NCBI GenBank assembly: GCA_029862085.1
Contig: JAOTXZ010000005.1
Coordinates: 3,751 to 67,750, forward strand
From: Nitrosopumilus sp.
GTDB taxonomy: Archaea; Thermoproteota; Nitrososphaeria; Nitrososphaerales; Nitrosopumilaceae
Reading direction: 5' to 3'
Length of the DNA stretch: 64,000 nucleotides
The notes under the pieces are model-generated. The model ran no database searches and was not told the DNA's origin. It saw only the letters and a list, made by a program, of their open reading frames with translations. This document shows, one piece after another, positions 27,495 through 35,644 of this stretch; the first letter of the stretch is position 1; every line of letters begins with the position of its first letter. The position numbers and the translations under genes were made by a program.

Positions 27495-28379
27495 TTAACC
27501 CCTTGAGACGGTTTCTAAAATTTCATGGGCTGATTTTTGAACCTGGTTGGCATGTAGTTCCAGAAGATTAGTATCAGCCTGGACATCAAAGGATATCTTC
27601 AAAATATGGAAAAGATCAGGTTGTTTTTCAATTGAATTTTTAATTTTTACAAAATTTTCCTTGTTGATATATCCCAAGTAGAAGTAACAGTCTGACAACA
27701 TGGAATTTTTAACAAAATAGTCGTGCTTTTGTTGAATTACCAAAGAGTGATTATTTTTCTCTACTAAATCAGAAAAGCCTATTGTTGATTTTAACATCCT
27801 TTCAAGTAAAGAAGGTGTGGAGCGTTCAATACCAACGGTTTCATTTACAGTTGAAATTTTTTCATTGATTGGAGTTTTTTCCAATTTTCTTAAAGCATCA
27901 AGCATGTGAGTGGGACTTGGTTTGTATTGATTCAAAGCCAAAATTCCTTCGGACAAAAAATAAGATGCACATTTTTGCCAACATGATGCAAAAATATTTT
28001 CTTCTTTAATTCCGCTTTTTGTTTTCTCACAACAAAAAAGAGATTCGATTAGTGAATTTTTTGCAAAGTCTTTATAGAGATTCAATCTTTTTTCTTTAAT
28101 TTTTGAGAGAAACATTCGGAGCTCCCAAGATTCATCATGAATAATTTTCAAGTTATCATATTGAATTAGTTTCTTTGATGAAGTTTCAGAGAATGAACCA
28201 TGATGAGCTCTTACAATATTATTTTGAAATTGAAAAATCTCATCGGTTTGAGATGTGTCATCAAAAACAGTAAAATCATAATCACAGGAATCAAAAAAAT
28301 AATCGTCAGTTCTGCATCCACTCAAACCAACTGGATGATCAGACCATGATTTGTCTTTGATTAAATCCTCATAGTTCAT
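27495..28379 (-). CDS. hypothetical protein, possible minimal nucleotidyltransferase fold plus helical domain
   Basis: N-terminal GLSGCRTDDYFFDSCDYDFTVFDD loosely resembles the GS...DxD NTase signature. The rest is helical. Confidence 0.4.
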   Translation of the reverse strand: MNYEDLIKDKSWSDHPVGLSGCRTDDYFFDSCDYDFTVFDDTSQTDEIFQFQNNIVRAHHGSFSETSSKKLIQYDNLKIIHDESWELRMFLSKIKEKRLNLYKDFAKNSLIESLFCCEKTKSGIKEENIFASCWQKCASYFLSEGILALNQYKPSPTHMLDALRKLEKTPINEKISTVNETVGIERSTPSLLERMLKSTIGFSDLVEKNNHSLVIQQKHDYFVKNSMLSDCYFYLGYINKENFVKIKNSIEKQPDLFHILKISFDVQADTNLLELHANQVQKSAHEILETVSRG

Positions 28380-28490
28380 GGTATTTGTTCAATCTAAATT
28401 TTGTATAAGGTATAAAATTCGATAATTTTTACCAAAGAATTCAATGTGAAAGCATTTCCTTTAAATTATGATATGTCCGGATTTCTTCAA

Positions 28491-28565
28491 GCTCCTATAG
28501 TGTAGTCCGGTTAAGCATTTTGGCTTCTCAAGCCAAAGACTCGGGTTCAAATCCCGATGGGAGCA
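28491..28565 (+). tRNA. tRNA-Glu (anticodon CUC)
   Basis: Cloverleaf folded by hand: acceptor GCTCCTA/TGGGAGC, anticodon stem TTGGC/GCCAA, loop TTCTCAA, T arm TCGGG-TTCAAAT-CCCGA. No encoded CCA, no intron. Confidence 0.9.
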
Positions 28566-28705
28566 TAACATTTTTGGGGTATAGACAAGGATGCCTCATT
28601 TGACTCATAATGAAAATTATAGCTGAAATTACGGTGAAAATTAATTTTCATCCCTGCAAATTAGAATCAGGGTTTTAATGGAAAGTAATGTAGAATATTC
28701 AATAA

Positions 28706-29911
28706 ATGGTATCAGAATTTGATGTGGTTCCCACAATCATAGGGGTTTTATTTTTGGTTTTACCTGCACTGCTTTTGGGGAGACTTTGTTCTCATTTTAA
28801 AATCCCTGAGATTATTGGATTTGTCTTTGCAGGAATCGTTCTAGGCCCAACTGCATTAGGAGGGGTAATTCCAATTTTCGATAGACCGATTGTTGAACTA
28901 AATGACGTAATGCTAGCTTTATGGCAAATTTCTGGAATAATCATTTTGTTCTCTGCAGGATTGCATTTTACATTTCATGATCTAATCAAGGCAGGGCCAA
29001 AGGCTGCAATAATTGGAGTGTTTGGGGTATTAGTCCCTCTTGTCACCGGATACTTTGTTGTACTTTGGATGGGTTTTGATTGGACTGTTGCCGTACTAAT
29101 TGGGGCCACACTTAGTGCAACAAGTATTGCAGTCTCTGTTGTGATTTTAGAAGAACTAGGAAAGGAGAAAACCAAGGAAGGAAACATTCTGGTAAATGCA
29201 GCAGTATTAGATGATGTTTTAGGTCTTGCAATTCTTTCTGCAGTAATCTCTCTCGTTGCATTAAACACGATTCCAACAATAGAATCAGTTGCAATAACTA
29301 CGATTACTGAGATAGGATTTTGGTTTTTGATATTGCTTGGTGCAGTATATCTTCTACCAAAAATTGTTCATGCGGTTGCAAAAACACACCCGTCTACATT
29401 GGAAGCCAGAGGCACAAGACAAGGTGTTGCCTTAGGTTCAGCATTTGGTTTAGCTGCCATTGCGGCTAGTGTTGGATTGAATCCTATCGTAGGTGCTTTT
29501 GCTGCAGGTATGGGTCTAGCTGGATCAAAACTAGCAGTACAGGTTCGAGAATTCATCGGAAGATTGCAAGTAATTGTTTCACCATTGTTTTTTGCAATAA
29601 TTGGTGCACATGTTGACATAACCCAAATATCATCAATTAATTGGGTTTTGTTTGCAGTAATTTTAGGTGTCGCAGTGTTTTCTAAAGTTCTTGGTTGTGG
29701 AATGCCAGCTATTCTTATGCTAAAAAGCAAGAAAAGCGGTCTTCGAATCGGATATGGAATGGTGGCAAGAGGAGAAGTGGCTTTTATTATTGCGGGAATT
29801 GGACTGGCTTTTGAAGTGCTTTCAGATGAGATTTATTCTACAGTTATCTTTGTAATTTTGGCAACGATATTCATTGCACCTATTTTACTTAGAAATTCAT
29901 TCAAATCATAA
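28706..29911 (+). CDS. CPA2-family cation/proton antiporter (Kef/NapA-like)
   Basis: About 12 hydrophobic segments. N-terminal ...IPEIIGFVFAGIVLGP typical of Na_H exchanger family proteins. Confidence 0.88.
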   Translation: MVSEFDVVPTIIGVLFLVLPALLLGRLCSHFKIPEIIGFVFAGIVLGPTALGGVIPIFDRPIVELNDVMLALWQISGIIILFSAGLHFTFHDLIKAGPKAAIIGVFGVLVPLVTGYFVVLWMGFDWTVAVLIGATLSATSIAVSVVILEELGKEKTKEGNILVNAAVLDDVLGLAILSAVISLVALNTIPTIESVAITTITEIGFWFLILLGAVYLLPKIVHAVAKTHPSTLEARGTRQGVALGSAFGLAAIAASVGLNPIVGAFAAGMGLAGSKLAVQVREFIGRLQVIVSPLFFAIIGAHVDITQISSINWVLFAVILGVAVFSKVLGCGMPAILMLKSKKSGLRIGYGMVARGEVAFIIAGIGLAFEVLSDEIYSTVIFVILATIFIAPILLRNSFKS

Positions 29912-30019
29912 CTCTTCCCAAAAGTAATTTTTCAACCTAATTACGGCATTGTAATTTTAGTTTGATGTCCTCCCACAAAAAATTATCAAATCTCATGAGG
30001 GGAATTGAATCAAAAACTT

Positions 30020-30084
30020 CCTTTTACTTTATCCCCCAAGAGTAAAACCCTCGAGGGGCATTTGCTAATTAGGGGGATGCCCCC
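30020..30084 (+). repeat. dispersed intergenic element R1, copy A
   Basis: CCTTTTACTTT-loop-AGAGTAAAACC hairpin followed by GAGGGGCATTTGCTAATTAGGGGGATGCCCCC. About 70 percent identical by eye to 32223..32285. Confidence 0.75.
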
Positions 30085-30157
30085 AGATTTGAGGAATAGT
30101 GATGCGTGTGTGATTTTTTCATCATAACTAAAATAATCATAAACCATCTTTCAAAAT

Positions 30158-30502
30158 ATGGGATTCTTTGACGGTCTAAAAAAGAAAATAGAGTTAAAAC
30201 AGACACAAAGTGACCCAAAAACAATTCAAAAGGCTTTAGAAAAAATATCTAAACTTGAAAAGACGTTAGAACAAAATCCTAGAAGTTATGATTTGCTTTA
30301 TGATCTATATGGATGCTATATCGACGTATCTAATACAACAAAAAAGATTGAATGTTTAGAAAAAATGGCAGAGTTGAAACCAAACGATGCTTTTCCATTA
30401 GATCAACTTGCACAGTTATACTATAATGAATTAGAGAATCCTCAGAAAGGAAAATACTATCAAGAAAAAGCAAATAAAATCAATTCAAATAAATTTATGT
30501 AA
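30158..30502 (+). CDS. TPR-like helical protein
   Basis: 114 aa. Helical repeats (YDLLYDLYGCY..., LEKMAELKPNDAFPLDQLAQLY). Confidence 0.5.
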   Translation: MGFFDGLKKKIELKQTQSDPKTIQKALEKISKLEKTLEQNPRSYDLLYDLYGCYIDVSNTTKKIECLEKMAELKPNDAFPLDQLAQLYYNELENPQKGKYYQEKANKINSNKFM

Positions 30503-30588
30503 TCAAAAATAGAATCTCACTTTAACTCAAAAAATTGGTAACGAGTCAAGTTCTAAAGTAAAATTGATTTGGAGAAAGAAAATAAATT

Positions 30589-30969
30589 CTAGTTTTGTTC
30601 AATGATTTTTTTCATGTTTTCCATCATACTCTGAATTTCGTTTGTTCTTTCGTTGAATAATTCTTCACTAAAGTGGTCAGGTTTGAAAAAAGTTATTACA
30701 ACCTCAGAATAATCTCCACTACTTACTACTCTCATTGGCACATCCCATTTAGCTTCACTATCCACATATTGATGGTCTAATATCCCAAGTTGGCTGTTTT
30801 CATTAAATTTCAGTTTTGCAGGACCATAAGGACCAGTAAATGACCACCATCCCTCATTATCCTTTTTGGCATCTGGCATCATCTTTTTTGGAATGTGTAA
30901 AATCTCATCAAACACTTCGGCAGTTTTTCGATTTATCGGAATAGTAATTTTACGAGATCGCCTACTCAC
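30589..30969 (-). CDS. hypothetical protein (possibly SRPBCC/START-like)
   Basis: 126 aa. Only a weak beta-rich pattern resemblance. Confidence 0.4.
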   Translation of the reverse strand: MSRRSRKITIPINRKTAEVFDEILHIPKKMMPDAKKDNEGWWSFTGPYGPAKLKFNENSQLGILDHQYVDSEAKWDVPMRVVSSGDYSEVVITFFKPDHFSEELFNERTNEIQSMMENMKKIIEQN

Positions 30970-31131
30970 GACATTAAAGACATTGCATAATTAAAAAGGA
31001 TTGAGTAGGACTTCTAAGTTATACTATGTTTAGGCTAGAAATGAAATTTTTTACAATTCAGACAATTAGGAATTAAAGACTGATCAAATTCATTTTTAAA
31101 ATCTGCAGCATCTATCCAACACAGTAAAGAA

Positions 31132-32025
31132 TTAACTACCAATATGCAATTTTGGCGATTTCAAAGCCAAATCAATTTCTTTGTGAACCCAATCCTGTGG
31201 AAATGAGGTTGATTTGGGAATGAAAAGGTCTATAGATTCAACTCCATCTGTTTCTCTCACAGCTGTGCTAATTTCATCTAGCTTGTAAATGTCATCGCTG
31301 TAAAAGAAAACAACAAACTGATTTTTTGAAAGCCATGATTTTTGTAAAATTGATTTGTGAAGATTTTTTTCTATAATGGATGCAGTTTGCTTTACATCTT
31401 TTTTAGCATTAACTAGAATTGCAAATGAAATATAATTTTGTAGTTTGGTAGGGTCAGACTCTAATGTAAAATGAATAATGTCGTTGTTTTGCAGTTTTTC
31501 AAGTGAACGTGAAGCAGTCTTTGCCGAAAAACCTGTTGCTTTTGCCAAATAATCCATTTTTGCTCGAGGTTCATTTAATAGAATTTTAAGAATTGTTAAA
31601 TCAGTTTTAGTGAGGACTTGGTTTATGTCAAAACTTGGAGCCTCAAAAATATTTAAGATTCTCACTTCATCTAATAGTTTTTTTGCAGTGTTTGTCACAT
31701 GTGAAATATCATCCTTAGTTAAAATGGCACAAATAGTATTTCCACCAACACATGAGACTGTCATATAGGGTGTACCAATAAGTTGTAATCTCTCCATGAT
31801 ATTTTTCGAATCATTTCCAATCGTTATAAAATAGACAATATTAAATCCAAAAACAAGTGGCTCTATACTTAATGAAAATCGTGTGATAATTCCATTATCA
31901 AACATATTTTTTATCTTAGAAGCTACAGCTACACTTGAAATTCCAAGTGTCTCAGAAATCTTCCTGTTTGAGGTTCTGCAATTATCTAGCAGTATTGAAA
32001 GGATTTGAATATCAGTTTTTTCCAT
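31132..32025 (-). CDS. Lrp/AsnC-type transcriptional regulator with two tandem HTH-plus-ligand modules
   Basis: Two HTH segments (DIQILSILLDNCRTSNRKISETLGIS..., DLTILKILLNEPRAKMDYLAKATGFS...), each followed by an alpha-beta domain. Confidence 0.75.
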   Translation of the reverse strand: MEKTDIQILSILLDNCRTSNRKISETLGISSVAVASKIKNMFDNGIITRFSLSIEPLVFGFNIVYFITIGNDSKNIMERLQLIGTPYMTVSCVGGNTICAILTKDDISHVTNTAKKLLDEVRILNIFEAPSFDINQVLTKTDLTILKILLNEPRAKMDYLAKATGFSAKTASRSLEKLQNNDIIHFTLESDPTKLQNYISFAILVNAKKDVKQTASIIEKNLHKSILQKSWLSKNQFVVFFYSDDIYKLDEISTAVRETDGVESIDLFIPKSTSFPQDWVHKEIDLALKSPKLHIGS

Positions 32026-32118
32026 TATTGAAAATATCTACTTGAATCTTGTTTAAGAATTACCCTTCTTAGATGTTCTTTTAAATTTTCATCCTTTCCA
32101 AAAAATAATTTCAAAATC

Positions 32119-32154
32119 CCTTAAGGGGAATTTACTAATTAGGAAGATACCCCC
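32119..32154 (+). repeat. element R1, partial copy B (3' half only)
   Basis: CTTAAGGGGAATTTACTAATTAGGAAGATACCCCC aligns with the 3' halves of copies A and C. Confidence 0.65.
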
Positions 32155-32222
32155 GTTGTGAATCGGTCATGGTCCGCTACTCTTATGGGAAATTATCTAT
32201 TTGATTTAACGCTCTTTCAATA

Positions 32223-32285
32223 CCTTTTACTCTTCTGACAAAGAGTAAAACCATTGAGGAGGATTCGCTAAATAGAACGATCCCC
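32223..32285 (+). repeat. element R1, copy C
   Basis: CCTTTTACTCT-loop-AGAGTAAAACC (perfect 9-bp stem), then GAGGAGGATTCGCTAAATAGAACGATCCCC. Confidence 0.75.
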
Positions 32286-32306
32286 AACGATTTTGTTCCT
32301 GAAAAT

Positions 32307-32383
32307 GTGTAAACGAGTTTATCGACTGTCAGCAAAAATAGAAATCCCCCAATTTACGCTTAGAAATCTGACGCCCTCGTAAT
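32307..32383 (+). repeat. element R2 (partner of inverted copy at 682..760)
   Basis: 44 of 54 nt identical to the reverse complement of 700..753. Shares the AAWTAG..ATCCCCC tail with R1 copies. Confidence 0.8.
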
Positions 32384-32415
32384 TCTTTAAAATAATCCAA
32401 AATCATAGAATAGCC

Positions 32416-32691
32416 ATGAAAATTCTTGTTGATGAAATGTATGATGGTCTTGATGATAAATTAAAAAAAGAAGGATTTGAAGAGGTTCAAAGCGTAAAAA
32501 AGCTAATCAATGAAGGAAAAAAACTGCAAAGCGATTTTTCAGTATTAAATTATGCACGAGATAATCAAATGATCCTAATTACTGCCGATGTTGAGAATCG
32601 AAAAGGATGTGAGGAAAACAACATGCCCTGTATTGCAATTGACAAAAACAGCGTAATTGAGTTTATTTTAAAGGAATTGAGTAAATACTAA
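32416..32691 (+). CDS. small PIN-like (DUF5615/Mut7-C-like) putative toxin-type nuclease domain protein
   Basis: 91 aa. MKILVDEMYDG... N-terminus and ...ILITADVEN pattern resemble PIN-like DUF5615 proteins. Pattern-level call only. Confidence 0.45.
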   Translation: MKILVDEMYDGLDDKLKKEGFEEVQSVKKLINEGKKLQSDFSVLNYARDNQMILITADVENRKGCEENNMPCIAIDKNSVIEFILKELSKY

Positions 32692-32773
32692 AATCAATAA
32701 AATGTATTTTATCTAAAAAAATTATTGGTATCTATTACAAAGATTTATGATCTCCTTATAATAATATGAAGAT

Positions 32774-33673
32774 ATGAGTGATGAAGATTCACAATATTGT
32801 AGAATTTGTGGAGATGCTGAATTTGATGAAGATGGCTATGAAACACATGATGATGAATATGATCACGAGTTTGAGCTGGAGGATGAAGAGGATGATTCCG
32901 TTACCGTAGATGATATTAAAGATGGATTGGATATTTTAGGAAAAGGACTAGACATTGCAAAAAAATACCAAGAAGTTTCAACCCCAAGACCGCCATTAAA
33001 TGAAAAACGTCCTCCACAAGAGCCTCGAATTATTTCTGATAATGAAGCAAAATTCATCGGATGGGATATTTTGAGAGGAAATAAGAGAAAACAAGAATCA
33101 ACACTAAAAGAAAATGATAAAAATGATTCAAAATCCTGGTTCAAAAAACATTATGTTGGCCTCATAGTGCTTTTTGTAGGTATAGCAGGTTCTGTAATTT
33201 TTGGAGCAATTTTTTCAGATGATATTGCAGAGTTGGTTAACGAACCAGAAATTATTTTAGAATTAAGATCAGACAAAGGAGAATTTATACTTGATACCTT
33301 TGATGTTGGGCATAAAAACAATGATAAAATTAGAATTGAATTATTCGTAAATATCATCAATATAGGAAAAAGTAATGCAAATAACGTTTGTATAAAATTA
33401 GCTGAAGTTCCACCAGCACCTGATTGGATTGATTTTCATAATGTTGAATTTTTAGGAGGCAGTGAGAATGTTCCCTCAAATGAAAAAGAAAGCAGAGTGT
33501 GTACAGCAGTAATTTTTCCAAATGATCAGGAATCATTGAAGTTTACATTTAGTATAATGCCCGAGGCTTATGCTGAATTGATATCTTTGGGAATTGAGCC
33601 CAAGATGGGATTTGAAATTGAATATGATGAAATTTCGGATGGTTTTCAAGAACTTTATCAGGTAATTCTTTAG
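32774..33673 (+). CDS. single-pass membrane protein with acidic zinc-ribbon-like N-terminus
   Basis: CRICGD at the N-terminus, a long D/E-rich stretch, one TM helix (VGLIVLFVGIAGSVIFGAIF), and a beta-rich C-terminal domain. Confidence 0.55.
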   Translation: MSDEDSQYCRICGDAEFDEDGYETHDDEYDHEFELEDEEDDSVTVDDIKDGLDILGKGLDIAKKYQEVSTPRPPLNEKRPPQEPRIISDNEAKFIGWDILRGNKRKQESTLKENDKNDSKSWFKKHYVGLIVLFVGIAGSVIFGAIFSDDIAELVNEPEIILELRSDKGEFILDTFDVGHKNNDKIRIELFVNIINIGKSNANNVCIKLAEVPPAPDWIDFHNVEFLGGSENVPSNEKESRVCTAVIFPNDQESLKFTFSIMPEAYAELISLGIEPKMGFEIEYDEISDGFQELYQVIL

Positions 33674-33771
33674 GTGACCTCAATATTTTTTAAAAAATTA
33701 ACCTGCAACAGATTTAAAAAGATTAAAAGAATAAAGAACTATGAACAAAAAAGACAAACCAGAAATTATCT

Positions 33772-34217
33772 ATTATAGTATTTTTACAGGTTTAATGATT
33801 CTAGCAACCATCTTACTCCAGTATTTCCTGGGACAAGGCCAAACTGAGATATCCACTATTGCAAATTCTAGGGGAATATTTTTTCATTTTTAAATTGAAA
33901 GTGAACTCCTACGGGAATTGTCAAGTAAATGCCAGGTTTAACATCGATTTCTTCCTCACTAATGTCATTATTTTTTATTATTTTTCTCCAAAATTTTCCT
34001 TCTCTATTTAAACAATACCACAATTCTTCAATTGTTTTGTGCTTTGAAGCTTTTGATATTTTTCTTGGAGGTAAAGTTACATGAGCAAACCCACCCTTTT
34101 CACCATCAAGAAATTTCCTAATAATTGAACAGTCAGGTGCGACATAATAATTAGATGGATCATCAATACTAATTTCACCAATATGTTTTGAAATGAAACC
34201 TGCGGTCTTTTTTTTTA
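33772..34217 (-). pseudogene. decayed cupin-domain gene (no start codon, two in-frame stops)
   Basis: The minus frame reads ...KHKTIEELWYCLNREGKFW...VKPGIYLTIPVGVHLSI*K*KNIPLEFAIVDISVWP... Across the stops (33883..33891) another frame reads FQFKNEK, restoring a cupin motif. No ATG/GTG/TTG lies in frame after the upstream gene stop. Confidence 0.45.
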
Positions 34218-34589
34218 TTATGGAGCTAAATAAATTAAAATTTGTTTTGCAGCAATGAGATTGTTTTCAATATCATATGCTAAACCATAAAGCATTGCCA
34301 TTGAGCCATTTGGAAAAGGAGTAACATTACTAATTGTGAGACTATGCTCAGAGGTAGATTCTACAGTGTTTGGAAAACAGCTAACGCATCCAATTTTGTA
34401 AAAAGTCGCATCATCATCAGCATCCCAAGTGATTTGAACAGTAGCTGTGCTATTGCTATAGTCTAAAACAGATGATTGAAGATTATCTAATGGTTCAGCA
34501 TATGCTATGCCTACCCCAAATACCAAAAGCGGAAGCAAGAAAACTAGGTTTCTCATCAGATCATAGGATTTTTTATTTTCTTTTAACAT
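34218..34589 (-). CDS. small secreted hypothetical protein
   Basis: 123 aa. Signal-peptide-like LVFLLPLLVFGVGIAYA, then a beta-rich domain. Confidence 0.5.
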   Translation of the reverse strand: MLKENKKSYDLMRNLVFLLPLLVFGVGIAYAEPLDNLQSSVLDYSNSTATVQITWDADDDATFYKIGCVSCFPNTVESTSEHSLTISNVTPFPNGSMAMLYGLAYDIENNLIAAKQILIYLAP

Positions 34590-34707
34590 TTACTATGTGA
34601 TTTTGGGGAGAGATACGCCTAAATCCGATAAAATTTTTCCAATTTTTTGTAATTCTATAGATAATACATTTGATCCCTTTATTTCTAAAAAAATTAATTT
34701 ATTATTC

Positions 34708-35457
34708 TTATGCTGTTTTTGAGTCTGAAAGATATAGAGGTTTTAAAATTCCAAGGATTTTATCAATAAATTCTCGGACTAGAGATAAAATGTTTGTAAA
34801 GTATCTTTTTGGGTTTTCATAATGAGCAGAATCCCAATAAACTTCTGGACCATTATCAGAGGCAAGTTTTACTCTTAAATGGTTTCGAGGTTTATCGTTT
34901 CCCTTCTGTCCAGCATTTTTTAAAAGAGAATCATAAGATTCTAAATTTTCTTGATTTCGAATTTCCCATAACCTACTGCTTGCGCGGTTCCAAAAATGTT
35001 GATATTTCACTTGGTCTCTATTTTCGTATTCAGCGTGAAACCCAATTACATCGTATCCATATAGGTTAAGACCATCATTGAATTCTTTATCAGTAATTAC
35101 TTTCTCTTCATGGATAGGTTTTTGAAAATATTTTTGAAATGCTTCGATTATTTCTTTTGCCTCGTTACTGTTTTTTTTCTCAAGGGATTCAACTATATCA
35201 GAGGGATTGATTTGATTTAGAGCCAATCCTAATTCAAGTTTTTTATTAATTTCTGCAAAGACCAAATCCAAAGCTCCATTTACATAAAATAAAAATCCAT
35301 CCATTGCAATTTCAGATGAGATTTTGTCTTTTGGAAAAATTTCCAATGGAATTGCAACCGGTATTTTTTCTAAATTTATTTCAGCATAAAATATCCTAAA
35401 CTGAATGGAATCAATTAGTGCAGTTCTTTCTTTATTTGTATTCAGGTCTGTTTCCAA
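34708..35457 (-). CDS. hypothetical protein (ORFan), divergent partner of PLD-like gene
   Basis: 249-aa, mostly helical ORF. No confident motif. Confidence 0.5.
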   Translation of the reverse strand: METDLNTNKERTALIDSIQFRIFYAEINLEKIPVAIPLEIFPKDKISSEIAMDGFLFYVNGALDLVFAEINKKLELGLALNQINPSDIVESLEKKNSNEAKEIIEAFQKYFQKPIHEEKVITDKEFNDGLNLYGYDVIGFHAEYENRDQVKYQHFWNRASSRLWEIRNQENLESYDSLLKNAGQKGNDKPRNHLRVKLASDNGPEVYWDSAHYENPKRYFTNILSLVREFIDKILGILKPLYLSDSKTA

Positions 35458-35586
35458 TGGGAGTTTTTACGAAAACTAGATTAAAATTAGTTTTGTTAAA
35501 ATTTTTCTCCTCCAAGTGTGGGTAGTATTTGCTTATTCATAATTATAGCATTACAATGAATTTTTGAAAAGTGTTTTAATGGTGTG

Positions 35587-35608
35587 ATTTTTTGAAATTT
35601 CAAAAAAT
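35587..35608. promoter_or_regulatory. 22-bp perfect palindrome ATTTTTTGAAATTTCAAAAAAT in divergent promoter region
   Basis: Lies 37 nt upstream of the TTG start at 35645. Low-complexity AT sequence, so significance is uncertain. Confidence 0.25.
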
Positions 35609-35644
35609 TGTTTATTTAAATAACAAAATCATGATGAAATAACA

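Noticed and set aside
28491-29911. tRNA-Glu as attachment site of an integrated element
   Set aside because: I found no integrase or recombinase gene on either side, and no direct repeat of the tRNA 3' end in the window. The downstream gene is an ordinary antiporter.
30050-30084. GGGGCAT...ATGCCCC hairpin of repeat R1 as a conserved RNA stem (riboswitch-like)
   Set aside because: The 7-bp stem is perfect only in copy A. Copies B and C have mismatches that are not compensatory, so structure conservation for this arm is not supported. Only the TTTTACTYT/AGAGTAAAA stem is maintained.
33741-33893. 50-aa plus-strand ORF MNKKDKPEIIYYSIFTGLMILATILLQYFLG...
   Set aside because: It lies antisense to the C-terminal part of the cupin relic, whose reading frame gives a far more convincing protein pattern. 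It is likely a shadow ORF.
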